Origin: Candidatus Heimdallarchaeota archaeon
GTDB lineage: Archaea > Asgardarchaeota > Heimdallarchaeia > Heimdallarchaeales > Heimdallarchaeaceae
Assembly (NCBI GenBank): GCA_030603365.1
Contig: JAUVXV010000003.1
Span: 256,001-320,000 of the forward strand
Length of the DNA stretch: 64,000 nucleotides
Reading direction: 5' to 3'
Both the position numbers and the translations under genes were made by a program. The notes beneath the pieces are model-generated. The model had not been told where the DNA came from. It did not search any database and saw only the letters and a program-made list of their open reading frames with translations. Positions 30,051 through 40,077 of this stretch are shown here, piece by piece. The stretch's first letter is position 1. Each line of letters begins with the position of its first letter.

Positions 30051-30461
30051 CTAATAGTTTGAATACTTCACTACTACTTCATTATATAGAACCTGACATT
30101 TTTCTTCTGTTAGATTATTAATGGCTGTTTCCATTCTATCAGCAATTCTACGGATTAATTCAGTTAGTTTACTTTTCATTTCTTCTGTTGATAAGCCAGA
30201 ATAGATGTACTTGAAACCTCCTCTATCTAGATTTATTTTCGTTTTCTTTACAAAACCAATACCCATTAATCTTTGAATAGAACGAGAAATAGTTGCACGG
30301 TCTTTTGGAATTATCTCAGCTATCGTCTTAATGTCTGTGGGTTGAGAGTGTTTGATACACATCATAATTTCAAGCTCATTCTCTGAAAGACCATAAGTTG
30401 CTTTGATTATATCGAAACATGTTACTTCTTCGTTATCGAAAGATGCGAGAGGGAAGGACAT
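30051..30461 (-). CDS. Winged-helix transcriptional regulator (TrmB/MarR-like)
   Basis: YGLSENE..IAEIIPKDRATISRSIQRLMGIGFV..GGFKYIY. Start set at ATG 30461 (AGGTGA RBS). Confidence 0.88.
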   Translation of the reverse strand: MSFPLASFDNEEVTCFDIIKATYGLSENELEIMMCIKHSQPTDIKTIAEIIPKDRATISRSIQRLMGIGFVKKTKINLDRGGFKYIYSGLSTEEMKSKLTELIRRIADRMETAINNLTEEKCQVLYNEVVVKYSNY

Positions 30462-30471
30462 TTGAATCACC

Positions 30472-30840
30472 TTAGAAAGTAAATACAAGATCTGCATCAA
30501 GTGCTTCAGTAACAGCATACATTCCACCAACGATGTCATCGACTTCATCAATGAAATCATCTTTGGTTAATCCATATCGCTCAAGAGTTGGGCTGCATAC
30601 ATATACTTTAACACCAAATTCCTTTATTTCACGAATCATTTCTATATATGGTTGTTTTCCTACACCCGCAATAATTCTCTCAGCATTACCTTTCTTAAGT
30701 AACAAACCACCTGACATAGTGTAAACCATCTGAACTTCAGTGTCAAGTGTTGAAGATAGTGTTGCTAGATGGATTGGAGGTTCATATCTATCAGGATAAT
30801 CTTCTCCGAATGTTACCATAATTAGGACTTTTTGTGTCAT
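30472..30840 (-). CDS. DsrE family sulfur carrier
   Basis: GVKVYVCSPTL, ADLVFTF. Confidence 0.85.
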   Translation of the reverse strand: MTQKVLIMVTFGEDYPDRYEPPIHLATLSSTLDTEVQMVYTMSGGLLLKKGNAERIIAGVGKQPYIEMIREIKEFGVKVYVCSPTLERYGLTKDDFIDEVDDIVGGMYAVTEALDADLVFTF

Positions 30841-30849
30841 GAAAACCAC

Positions 30850-31323
30850 CTAAATATAAAGGGTAACATCAGCTTCAGATGCAAATTCAAGGAAAGTAGC
30901 TGCTCCTCCAACTATACATTCATCAATCAGATCTTTTCGTTTGAAATTCATTACATCCATAGTCATCTGACATGCGATTAACTGTACACCAGCTTCTACT
31001 GACAAATCCATTAACTCTTGTAATTTGGCAACATTAGCACCTTTCATCCAGCTTTTCATCATCATTGTAGCCATTCCTGTCATACCTGGTAACATCCCAA
31101 CTATCTGAGGGATTGGCATTGGCATTGCAGTTTCTCCAGCAGGAGTTACTTTTAGCTTGTTCAATTTATTCTTCTTAAGCATATTTAAACCAAAAAATGT
31201 GAAGAATATTCCTACTTCATAATCCATAGCTGCTGCAGTACTTGCTAGTATTAATGGTGGGTAAGCACCAGGAATGTCTGCTTTAGAAGCTATAATTGCT
31301 AGTCTTTTCTTTTTTTCTGTCAT
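30850..31323 (-). CDS. DsrE2 (DsrE/DsrF/DrsH-like) protein
   Basis: AYPPLILASTAAAM, IFFTFFG, IACQMTMD, GGAATFL. Confidence 0.92.
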   Translation of the reverse strand: MTEKKKRLAIIASKADIPGAYPPLILASTAAAMDYEVGIFFTFFGLNMLKKNKLNKLKVTPAGETAMPMPIPQIVGMLPGMTGMATMMMKSWMKGANVAKLQELMDLSVEAGVQLIACQMTMDVMNFKRKDLIDECIVGGAATFLEFASEADVTLYI

Positions 31324-31334
31324 TTCAATTCCTC

Positions 31335-31574
31335 TTATTTTGTTTTCTTGATAACGAATTTATACACTCCGCCATCTTCAGACTGTTCAACAAGTTCATG
31401 TCCTGTACTTCTGGACCAAGCATCAAAATCAGTTACTGATCCAGGATCAGTTGCTATAACTTCAAGATATTCTCCGATTGCTATAGAATCTATAGCTTTC
31501 TTGGTCTTCAAAATTGGAAGTGGACAGCTCAAGTTTTTTGCGTCTAGTGTTTTGTTTATTTTTATATCTGACAT
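31335..31574 (-). CDS. tusA: TusA family sulfurtransferase
   Basis: LDAKNLSCPLPILKTKKA, ATDPGS. Confidence 0.93.
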   Translation of the reverse strand: MSDIKINKTLDAKNLSCPLPILKTKKAIDSIAIGEYLEVIATDPGSVTDFDAWSRSTGHELVEQSEDGGVYKFVIKKTK

Positions 31575-31584
31575 TTTTTTCACC

Positions 31585-32727
31585 TTATAGATAACCCCTT
31601 AAAAGAGCTTTAAAGTAAGCAATTTTGAATGCTTTTTTGAATAGTCCATAAATGAACAAATTGTGCAAGCCAAATTTCTTTGGTGGAAAATTGTAGCTAA
31701 AGTATAATAGCATTGATCGTCTAGGAGATGTCACAACGAAACAGATTGTAAAACCATTGTACTTTTTGCTTGGTTCTTTTCCTTCTAATTCTAGCAGTAT
31801 ATTTTTGGCAAGTGTTGGAGCTGAGAAGTGAGAGACTGCACCTGATTTTGATACAGGCAAATTAGTACAATCTCCAATTGAATAGATATTTTCATGACCA
31901 TTAACCTTAAGTGTGAATCTATCGGTAGGAACAAAACCTTCTCTATCTCCTAAACCAGATTCTTTTATTACAGCCTGACCTTCGTGAGGAGGAATAAGTA
32001 CAAGTAAATCATATTCGATTTCTTCTCCTTCCATAGATATGATTTTGTTATTCTCTTTATCCACTTCTTCGTAATTAAAGAATTCAACGAATTCTATTCC
32101 TCTTTTATCATAGAGTTTTTGCACTTTTTCTGCAACACTAGGTACAGGATATGGTCTAAGAAGAGGATATAGAAATTTGATTGTAGATTTATCTCGTATT
32201 TTTCTCTTTCTCAAGTATCTGTCAACTAGAAATGCAAATTCTACAGGTGCAGGAGGGCATTTATAAGGAACAGTAGAAGGAGAAATTACTATTGTTCCTC
32301 CATTGAAATTCTTTAGAGCTTCTTGCAGTTCCTGGGTAGCTTTTGTTGAATAGAAATGATGAACATTGTCTTTTTCATATGCACCAACCTGTTCCTCTTC
32401 TAAATGAACACCAGTTGAGATGACGAGATAGTCATATGATAGAGTTTCACCATTGGTTAAATCTAGTAACTTGTTCTTTGTATCTATGTAACTTGCTGCT
32501 GTTCGGAGATGAAGAACTCTTTTGTTCAGTACTTTGTCAATTGGGATTGTAAATTTCTTGAGTGGATCCTTGTTAAAACTCCAGAATAGATAATGAGGTT
32601 CATATACATTATGTTCCATTGGTTCAACTAAAATTATTCGAATATCTTTTCTTTTGGATTTTTTTGCAATTTTGTTTGCAACATTTATGCCACTAAATCC
32701 TCCACCTAGAATAACGATACTTCTCAT
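31585..32727 (-). CDS. sqr: Sulfide:quinone oxidoreductase-like flavoprotein (type III-like)
   Basis: GGGFSG, YKCPPAPVE, IGD, YNGFTICF; amphipathic C-terminal helix. Confidence 0.85.
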   Translation of the reverse strand: MRSIVILGGGFSGINVANKIAKKSKRKDIRIILVEPMEHNVYEPHYLFWSFNKDPLKKFTIPIDKVLNKRVLHLRTAASYIDTKNKLLDLTNGETLSYDYLVISTGVHLEEEQVGAYEKDNVHHFYSTKATQELQEALKNFNGGTIVISPSTVPYKCPPAPVEFAFLVDRYLRKRKIRDKSTIKFLYPLLRPYPVPSVAEKVQKLYDKRGIEFVEFFNYEEVDKENNKIISMEGEEIEYDLLVLIPPHEGQAVIKESGLGDREGFVPTDRFTLKVNGHENIYSIGDCTNLPVSKSGAVSHFSAPTLAKNILLELEGKEPSKKYNGFTICFVVTSPRRSMLLYFSYNFPPKKFGLHNLFIYGLFKKAFKIAYFKALLRGYL

Positions 32728-32737
32728 CTATATTCCT

Positions 32738-32977
32738 CTAGTGAGATTTCTTGACTATGTATTTGTCATGGTCTTCAAGATTAATTATTTCAACAAGTTC
32801 ATGTTTTGCTTTTTTCAACCAGGCTGGTACATCATTTCGTGTTCCTTCATCAGAACTAAGAAGAGATAAAAGCTCGCCAACTTCAGCTTGTCTTATAGCT
32901 TTGATTAGTTCCATCATGGGTCCAGGGCAAAAACTTCCTCTGGCATCTACTTCTATGGCAACATTGTATTCTGTCAT
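32738..32977 (-). CDS. tusA: TusA family sulfurtransferase (second copy)
   Basis: VDARGSFCPGPMMELIKA. Confidence 0.92.
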   Translation of the reverse strand: MTEYNVAIEVDARGSFCPGPMMELIKAIRQAEVGELLSLLSSDEGTRNDVPAWLKKAKHELVEIINLEDHDKYIVKKSH

Positions 32978-33114
32978 TATATTCACAATTGCTTTCGATT
33001 ATGACACAAGTATGCACATCCGTTTTTAAGCATTTTTCTCTGTCAACAAAAAACTGAGGAATAATCAAAGTTGAAAAAGAGATATTTATTAATGATATTC
33101 CTCTTCCTAACATA

Positions 33115-34806
33115 ATGAGTAAAGGAATCAAACTAAAGACCATTCTTATTGGTATTCTCTTAATCAACTTTCAAATTCTAAATGTAGTTGTCTCTTCAAC
33201 CTCGACATTCTATCCTTTTAAAATTAACAACGATGTATACCAGTGGTTCTGGCATGGGTTAGCTGAAGCACCTGGACCCATTAGTGGAGAAGATGTAGTT
33301 TATTGGGGGGAGGATCTTGGACCTTATCATAATTATACAGAGTTAACATCTCGCTTATCTCTGATGAACGATACTTTTACTGATTTAGTTGATGTTTTTT
33401 CAATTGGAAAAACCTACCATGGACGGGATATTTGGTGTGTAAAATTAACTAATAAAACAGTTACAACGGCTAAAACTGAATTTTACATTGTTGGAGCACA
33501 TCATGCTAGAGAGATGATTTCAGTTGAAAACTGTTTATACTTTATGGATTATGTTATTTATTACTCATCTTTTGGTTTGTTTCAAGACTTATTAGCTAGT
33601 ACTGAGATTTACGTTATTCCTTTACTAAATCCAGACGGTCTCTCTATCATGCATTTTTATCCTGAACAGAGGAAAAATCTTAATCCTATTGACGATGATA
33701 ACGATGGTTTAAACGATACAGATATGGACGGTTTTCTTGATGATGAATTAGAACGAACATATTTCTGGAATGATTTAACTAATACTTCAGAAGTGAGAGA
33801 GAATGATTATGACGGTGACCTTCAAATTGCTGAAGATCTCCCTGGTGGAGTTGATCTTAATAGGAACTATGGTGCATATTGGAATGGAACAGAATCATCA
33901 TTAATTATGAGAGATCAAGACTATAGAGGAGAATCACCTTTCAGTGAACTTGAAACACAAATACTTCGTGATTTTATGATAAGGCACTCCTTCAATTTTG
34001 CTATAAGTATACATAGTGGTATCCGAGCAATTATTCCTCCTTGGGCACACAATGGATCTCTTCCACTGAAGGATGAACAAGAATTCAATGCTCTTTTAGG
34101 AGAATTAAAAACAACTTTAGGCTATCCATTATGGAATGAATCTGGAATGTATTTAGCCAATGGAGCATGGGAAGATTATTGTTATGCAAACCATGATATT
34201 ATAGGATTTACTTTCGAAGTTTATGAAGGACCATGGTCTGGTTCTTATTTTGATTTATATAATCCAGAAGGGTCTTACATTCTTTCTATCTGTGAAGAGG
34301 TTTTTGAAGGTTTGATTTACATGGCTTATGAGCCAAGATTAACATATACAAATAATTTGCCTTCAATTAAGGTCACCAATCCTTCAACAGTAAATCAAGT
34401 ATTTGAGAGTTATACGATCAGATGGACAATGTCAGATGGAGATGGAGACTCTCTCAACTGTTCTGTTTTTGTTTCCACTGATGGTTTACATTGGACAGTA
34501 TTGAAAACAAATTTGTTAGATGAATCCTTTTACTTCTGGGATGTGCAAAATGTGCCTGCTGGTTCTTATTATTTAAAAGTGGCAGTTTCAGATGGAAAAG
34601 ATTGGATAGCTGATACTAATGAAATACAACTCAATGTAAACAAAGAAGCTGAAAGCTCTCCATTTGCTTTCTGGTTACTTGCAGTTATATTTGGTGGTCT
34701 AGCTGCAGTTTTTCTCTTCTTTAATATAAGAAAATCCAAAGTTATTGGCAAGATTTGGGGTTCTGACCCATATGAGGATGAGACATCTAAGGAAGAAAGT
34801 TCTTGA
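33115..34806 (+). CDS. Membrane-anchored secreted M14 zinc carboxypeptidase
   Basis: HARE, LNPDG, GVDLNRNY, SIHS, FTFE; Asp-rich DxDxDG insert; Ig-like segment and C-terminal TM. Confidence 0.9.
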   Translation: MSKGIKLKTILIGILLINFQILNVVVSSTSTFYPFKINNDVYQWFWHGLAEAPGPISGEDVVYWGEDLGPYHNYTELTSRLSLMNDTFTDLVDVFSIGKTYHGRDIWCVKLTNKTVTTAKTEFYIVGAHHAREMISVENCLYFMDYVIYYSSFGLFQDLLASTEIYVIPLLNPDGLSIMHFYPEQRKNLNPIDDDNDGLNDTDMDGFLDDELERTYFWNDLTNTSEVRENDYDGDLQIAEDLPGGVDLNRNYGAYWNGTESSLIMRDQDYRGESPFSELETQILRDFMIRHSFNFAISIHSGIRAIIPPWAHNGSLPLKDEQEFNALLGELKTTLGYPLWNESGMYLANGAWEDYCYANHDIIGFTFEVYEGPWSGSYFDLYNPEGSYILSICEEVFEGLIYMAYEPRLTYTNNLPSIKVTNPSTVNQVFESYTIRWTMSDGDGDSLNCSVFVSTDGLHWTVLKTNLLDESFYFWDVQNVPAGSYYLKVAVSDGKDWIADTNEIQLNVNKEAESSPFAFWLLAVIFGGLAAVFLFFNIRKSKVIGKIWGSDPYEDETSKEESS

Positions 34807-34894
34807 GTTATGTTTAGAGTGATGCACAGTAAACAAATTTTTAAAACCATAGCGTATATTATGAATATTAGAGGAAAGGTATAGGGGTAATGTT

Positions 34895-36049
34895 GTGATA
34901 GATCCAACTTATGTTAATTTAAAGTATATAGTTGCCATTACTCTATTTATTGGTGGTCTAGTATCAGTTTACTGGGGGAGAAGAAGACAAAATCCTTTCT
35001 ATCTACTTTGGTCAATCTTCCTATTAACATATGGTGTTTTTCAAATAGTTGATGGAATGAATCATCACTTCGGTATATTTGATAAATTCTATGTACCCAA
35101 TCCGGTGTATGCAGATATTGTCAGTACAGACTTTTTATTATTCAGAATACTACAAGTAGTGCAAGCTTTAGCATTCATATCACTATTTGCAGCAAGTTTG
35201 GAACAATCGATGATTGTTCCTCCAAGATCTAGTAAAATAATAGCCGTTAGTTTAACAATTCTAGTGCTATATTTTGTTGTTATTCCTTTAGAAAATACTA
35301 TTTTTAGTTTTGGGACTCTAACAATATCCATCTATGATACTTTGTTTACTGAATTTTATGGCTTTATTTTTGGTTTCATTGTTTTATGTAGTTCATTTCT
35401 GCTTGTTCCAGTTGTTGTAAGGTATACTAAGTTATTCTTAACTTCGAAGAACAAGAGAATACTATGGAAAATGATTATTTCAATACTGCTAACTTTGTTA
35501 TTGGTAGGATTAGCATTTATAACAACAGTTAAGCGAAAAGTTGTAGAAAATGGTATGGATGAGAACGGATTTGCGATTTTTGAGATTGTTTACTCATTTG
35601 TTGTAGTATCAATAGTTGCTTTATATCAAAGCCAATCTGTATCTCATGGAATAGAGACTATACTAGTCGTTGATAAAGAGGGGAATCCACTCTTGGGTTA
35701 CTCTCCATTTAAAAAGAAAAGAATTTCATTTGAAGAGAAGATAATTGCAGCTTCAGGATATCTTGCAGGTTTATTCCATTTCATTCATGATTATGTAGCG
35801 ACTGAGTCTGATGATGAATTCAAGGAAATTAAGACAACATCCTCTACATTATCATTTTATTCAGGTGTTAATGTATTCATGATAATTCAAACCAGAATCT
35901 CTGGTAAATTGTTAGATAAAAGTACTAAATTAGCTTTATATGAGATTGACAAATTTCTAGTGGATTTTAAAGCTAATGAAATGCCAACAGAGGAGCAGAT
36001 TAGCGAGATTATCAAAGTGCTTGACAAAAACTTCTATTTAATGTCTTAA
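34895..36049 (+). CDS. Seven-TM membrane protein fused to a C-terminal longin/roadblock-like domain
   Basis: About 7 hydrophobic segments, then IETILVVDKEGNPL..ASGYLAGLFHF..FKEIK. Confidence 0.7.
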   Translation: MIDPTYVNLKYIVAITLFIGGLVSVYWGRRRQNPFYLLWSIFLLTYGVFQIVDGMNHHFGIFDKFYVPNPVYADIVSTDFLLFRILQVVQALAFISLFAASLEQSMIVPPRSSKIIAVSLTILVLYFVVIPLENTIFSFGTLTISIYDTLFTEFYGFIFGFIVLCSSFLLVPVVVRYTKLFLTSKNKRILWKMIISILLTLLLVGLAFITTVKRKVVENGMDENGFAIFEIVYSFVVVSIVALYQSQSVSHGIETILVVDKEGNPLLGYSPFKKKRISFEEKIIAASGYLAGLFHFIHDYVATESDDEFKEIKTTSSTLSFYSGVNVFMIIQTRISGKLLDKSTKLALYEIDKFLVDFKANEMPTEEQISEIIKVLDKNFYLMS

Positions 36050-36091
36050 AATTCACTAAAATTTATATCTAATGAGATGTTATTGTAGTTA

Positions 36092-37408
36092 ATGCTTACC
36101 ATTGTCTTTGTTGTTGGAACCAGACCAGAGATTATCAAAATTGCACCTTTAATTCTCCAAGCTGAGAAAAGAAAAATAAACTATACAGTAATTCATACTG
36201 GACAACACTATGATGAAAATATGTCAGGTCAGTTTTTTACTTCACTTGGTTTAAGATTACTAGATACTAATCTAGAAGTAAAAGAAGAAAATTCTCACAC
36301 TAGATTAAGTGAAATGATCAGTAAATTAGGTGACGAGTTTATTAAAATTAAACCGACTATTGTTCTAGCGGTAGGAGATACTGTAAGTGTTTTAGCAAGT
36401 TGTCTTGCTTGTGTTCAAAATGAGATTCCTTTTGGTCATCTAGAAGCAGGACTCAGATCTTATGATCTAACCATGCCTGAAGAAAGAAATAGACGAATGG
36501 TTGATAGCATGTCTACACTCTATTTTGCTCCCTCAAGAATTGCAATAACAAATCTTTATTATGAGGGAATTAATCCAGATAGGATTTTTTATACTGGAAA
36601 TACAATAGTTGATGCTATTCGTATTTTCAAGGAACAACTGGATGAGAAAAATACTACTCAAGCTAATGAAATATTAGTAAAAATAAAGAAAAATTATATC
36701 TTATGTACAATTCATAGAGTATCGAATGTAGACAATGAAAAAAATCTACTTAATATCATTTCATTTTTATCTAAGTATACTCAGATTCCAATCCTATTTT
36801 TAATTCATCCAAGAACAAAGAAAAGGATTTTAGCTGTTGGAAAATTCGAATCACTTGAAAAGAATTCTAATCTCTTTATTTATGAATCAGTTGATTATTT
36901 CTCAATGTTGAAACTTCTCAGTAATGACCGATGTTTAATGGTTCTTACAGATTCTGGAGGGTTACAAGAAGAAGCTGCTGTTCTTAGAAAACCATGCATT
37001 ACTCTTCGACCCAATACTGAAAGACCAGAAACGGTTATGCATGAAATTAATACATTAGTTCCAGTTCAAGAGTCAAAAATCAAAATAGAAATAAGTAGAA
37101 TATTATCAGAAGATTTCAACTATCGTTTTGACCAGTTTGACTATCCCTATGGAAATGGTTATGCAAGCAATAAAATCCTAGATATCATTGAAACTTCTCA
37201 AAAAAATTTAACTTTTTCATCTCCTCACAATTACAAACATGGTTCGAAAACATTCCATCTTTTTGAGTTAGCTGCATCCATGAAGAAGGAAGAATTAGAG
37301 AATCAGTTTGATTGCCAAATTTCTCTAATTTATGATGGTGAAGGAAATCCCAGAGTTGTTAAAAACAAACTAAAAAAAGGAGATAGAGTAAGGATTTTGA
37401 AGGATTAA
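36092..37408 (+). CDS. wecB: UDP-N-acetylglucosamine 2-epimerase (non-hydrolysing)
   Basis: GTRPEIIK, HTGQHYD, HLEAGLRS, TDSGGLQEEA. Confidence 0.95.
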   Translation: MLTIVFVVGTRPEIIKIAPLILQAEKRKINYTVIHTGQHYDENMSGQFFTSLGLRLLDTNLEVKEENSHTRLSEMISKLGDEFIKIKPTIVLAVGDTVSVLASCLACVQNEIPFGHLEAGLRSYDLTMPEERNRRMVDSMSTLYFAPSRIAITNLYYEGINPDRIFYTGNTIVDAIRIFKEQLDEKNTTQANEILVKIKKNYILCTIHRVSNVDNEKNLLNIISFLSKYTQIPILFLIHPRTKKRILAVGKFESLEKNSNLFIYESVDYFSMLKLLSNDRCLMVLTDSGGLQEEAAVLRKPCITLRPNTERPETVMHEINTLVPVQESKIKIEISRILSEDFNYRFDQFDYPYGNGYASNKILDIIETSQKNLTFSSPHNYKHGSKTFHLFELAASMKKEELENQFDCQISLIYDGEGNPRVVKNKLKKGDRVRILKD

Positions 37409-37410
37409 CC

Positions 37411-38406
37411 TTACCAATCTATTACACTTAAAGATTTCAAGAGAACTCTTATAGCTGCAAAAGTTGCTAGAGACCAGAAACCCATTAGAATTGCCTCTGA
37501 TTTTATTTTATGCAAAAATCTTGGAATAATATTTGCTGTAATTACTGTTCCAGCAGCCATTAAAATAACAATATCCCACTGAATTGAAACTGCTCCAGCT
37601 CCAAATAAATCAAGTGATCTAATTACTACTGCAAAAGGAGTTGCAAATAGAATGGTAAATGTTGAGGTTGCAACTGCAATTGCAGCGGGCATTCCGAGTG
37701 CCATTGTTAAAATTGGTACGTAGATAACTCCTCCACCTAAACCTAGAGTAGCTCCTACAAAACCTCCAATAATAGCAATAAAAACACCTGGAAGGAGTTT
37801 TGATTTGTATTTAAATTTGACTCCTCTTTTGTCTTCGAAATCACGATAGATAACTGTTTGTTGCCACCATGGTCTGTTCTTCTGTTCTTCATCACATTCA
37901 ATGTCTTGACATTCATCTTCTTCATTGATTTTTCCACTCCGTTTCTTTAACCAGCTGAGAAGTATCGTGGTCATTTTATACATGGCAATCGTAATCATTG
38001 TTGCACCAAAAATAATCTGAAAAATGTCCTTATCGACATCTTGTGTTACTAACCATTTAGAGAATATTCCTCCTGATACTGCACCAGGAATTGCAAAAAT
38101 CATAAATCTAAAAGCTACTTGATAATCAATTCTTTTCTCTCTGATATACGAAATTGATCCACTCAGAGCTGTAAAAACTATTACTCCTAAAGATGTTGCA
38201 CTCGCAGTACTTCCTAGCAGGCTAGGATTTGCATCATAGTTAGCTTGTCCTATCTGACTGATTAACAACCCTTCGAAAGCTATTAATAGAATTGGAACAT
38301 TAAGTAAACCTCCTCCTATGCCAAATGTAGGAGAGACTGCGCCGGTAAGTAATCCTACACCAAACAAGGCTAAGTAATGCCACCATTGAAAATATTCGAA
38401 CAACAT
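37411..38406 (-). CDS. TauE/SafE family sulfite exporter
   Basis: Two GIGGG/GLGGG..VP repeats, ATSL, AVATS. Confidence 0.9.
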   Translation of the reverse strand: MLFEYFQWWHYLALFGVGLLTGAVSPTFGIGGGLLNVPILLIAFEGLLISQIGQANYDANPSLLGSTASATSLGVIVFTALSGSISYIREKRIDYQVAFRFMIFAIPGAVSGGIFSKWLVTQDVDKDIFQIIFGATMITIAMYKMTTILLSWLKKRSGKINEEDECQDIECDEEQKNRPWWQQTVIYRDFEDKRGVKFKYKSKLLPGVFIAIIGGFVGATLGLGGGVIYVPILTMALGMPAAIAVATSTFTILFATPFAVVIRSLDLFGAGAVSIQWDIVILMAAGTVITANIIPRFLHKIKSEAILMGFWSLATFAAIRVLLKSLSVIDW

Positions 38407-38519
38407 GTAATCACATAATTATTTTGTTTTATTCAAATTGGTTATTTAAAACTTTAATGCAATTACAATTTCACATTGAAGGAGAAATCGTTTTAAACAC
38501 CCTCACTTAACATTTCTTA

Positions 38520-39377
38520 ATGAGTATAGATAGAGAAACATCGATAGCTAAACATTTTCTTTCCCTTATTGAGAAGAAGACAATATGGGAATTGGAAATC
38601 ATCGCCTCTATTCTTAATATTCATCCTGATGATTTTGCTAATTATATCGAGCAGTTTCCCATGGCATATGGCTTATCAATTCAAAAGAAACGATTTTACA
38701 TTATACCTGAGCTAGTTCAAGATGTCTTAGATGAGGTAAAGACTAGTTTTATTGAATGGTATCAGCGAACTGCACCTAGAGCGTATTCTCAAGCTAAAAG
38801 AGTAGAAGAAATAAGAAAAGAATATCATATAGACGAAAGACCAGAAAGAATTTCCCCCAAAGTTAAGATTACTGTTTATGGGAATAACTATGTAGTGGAA
38901 GATGTACTCAATGATTATTTGGCTAGAGCAGGTTTAAGTCCTTCTTTTGAATATACAGGTGGTTATGAACCTTTTGATTTCCAAAAGAACATAGGTAATG
39001 AGATTTACAATTGCCAATTCTTAATGATCAATTATAATCGAGATCATTTAGCTTTAGCACCTCTATTATTTGAGATGCCGGAAGCTTTCTTGTTTATTTT
39101 CAACCCACTAGATAAACTCCAAATTGATAGACTTGTTAAGATGGTTCAAAACCTTATAGCTAAGCGTAAAAAGGAAATTTTTGTAACATTCCTTGCTGTA
39201 GTAGACAAAGAAATAGATTCATCTTCTTTGGATGAAATCTCCAGTACCTTATCTTATCTTGTAGAATTTTTAGAAGAAAAACCTATTTACAAAGTCTCAT
39301 TTTCTATCTTATCTTCAAATGATCAAATTGAAAGAAAAATGAATGATTTGATTCAAACTGCTAAGATGCTTTTTTAG
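38520..39377 (+). CDS. Winged-helix-like N-domain fused to a Rab-like pseudo-GTPase
   Basis: KITVYG..EYTGGYEPFDFQKNIGNEIYNCQF..LAPLLFEMPEAFLFIFN aligns by eye to Rab; GKT, DxxG and NKxD are lost. Confidence 0.6.
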   Translation: MSIDRETSIAKHFLSLIEKKTIWELEIIASILNIHPDDFANYIEQFPMAYGLSIQKKRFYIIPELVQDVLDEVKTSFIEWYQRTAPRAYSQAKRVEEIRKEYHIDERPERISPKVKITVYGNNYVVEDVLNDYLARAGLSPSFEYTGGYEPFDFQKNIGNEIYNCQFLMINYNRDHLALAPLLFEMPEAFLFIFNPLDKLQIDRLVKMVQNLIAKRKKEIFVTFLAVVDKEIDSSSLDEISSTLSYLVEFLEEKPIYKVSFSILSSNDQIERKMNDLIQTAKMLF

Positions 39378-40077
39378 CTTCTTTAGATGAAGATTGATTT
39401 TTTTTCATTTGAGCTTCTTCTATTACTTCGAGGATCTTAGGATAAGCTCTGAAGGATATAAACAATGGATAAAAACCAAACCCTAATCCCAATATTGAGA
39501 TTACTACTGTAACTATCCCTCCTATCATAAAAACTGAACCCACTATATTCTGATTTAAACCAGCAATTAATAAGAATATAATCCCTAAAGAGAGAACTAA
39601 ATATGAAATTGAGATGTATAGATTGGGGAACTTTGCAATATATTTATTAAAATAGTGCGGTTTGAGGTCTTTTCGAAATAGAAAGAAACCAGCTGCGAAT
39701 ATTGGATTTGATATAATAAAAAGTGCAATTCCAACAAATGTTAGTATTGTAGTTGCTAAAGCATATTCCGTGATAAATCCTGCTAAAATAAGAATTGCTT
39801 GTGATAAGAGAAAAGTGACTGTTCCAGCTATTAGGAGATATGTAACTTTTTTCGCATTTGGCCATGCGATTGTTGTTTCGTATGATAAATTGAAAATACC
39901 CCAGCTGAATCCAAGATAACCAAATACTATTGGAATTAAAAGTATATGTTGCTCAATCACCCCAGGTAGAAGTAGATCTAAAAATCCTTTAGTTAGAGCT
40001 GCTAAAATAATGTAAAAGAAATAAACCATTATTAGACTATTTGAAATCATTTTGGAATGTCGATAACGGTTAGACAT
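39361..40077 (-). CDS. Six-TM membrane protein (tandem paralog 3)
   Basis: Six hydrophobic segments; similar pattern to the two upstream genes. Confidence 0.7.
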   Translation of the reverse strand: MSNRYRHSKMISNSLIMVYFFYIILAALTKGFLDLLLPGVIEQHILLIPIVFGYLGFSWGIFNLSYETTIAWPNAKKVTYLLIAGTVTFLLSQAILILAGFITEYALATTILTFVGIALFIISNPIFAAGFFLFRKDLKPHYFNKYIAKFPNLYISISYLVLSLGIIFLLIAGLNQNIVGSVFMIGGIVTVVISILGLGFGFYPLFISFRAYPKILEVIEEAQMKKNQSSSKEAKKAS

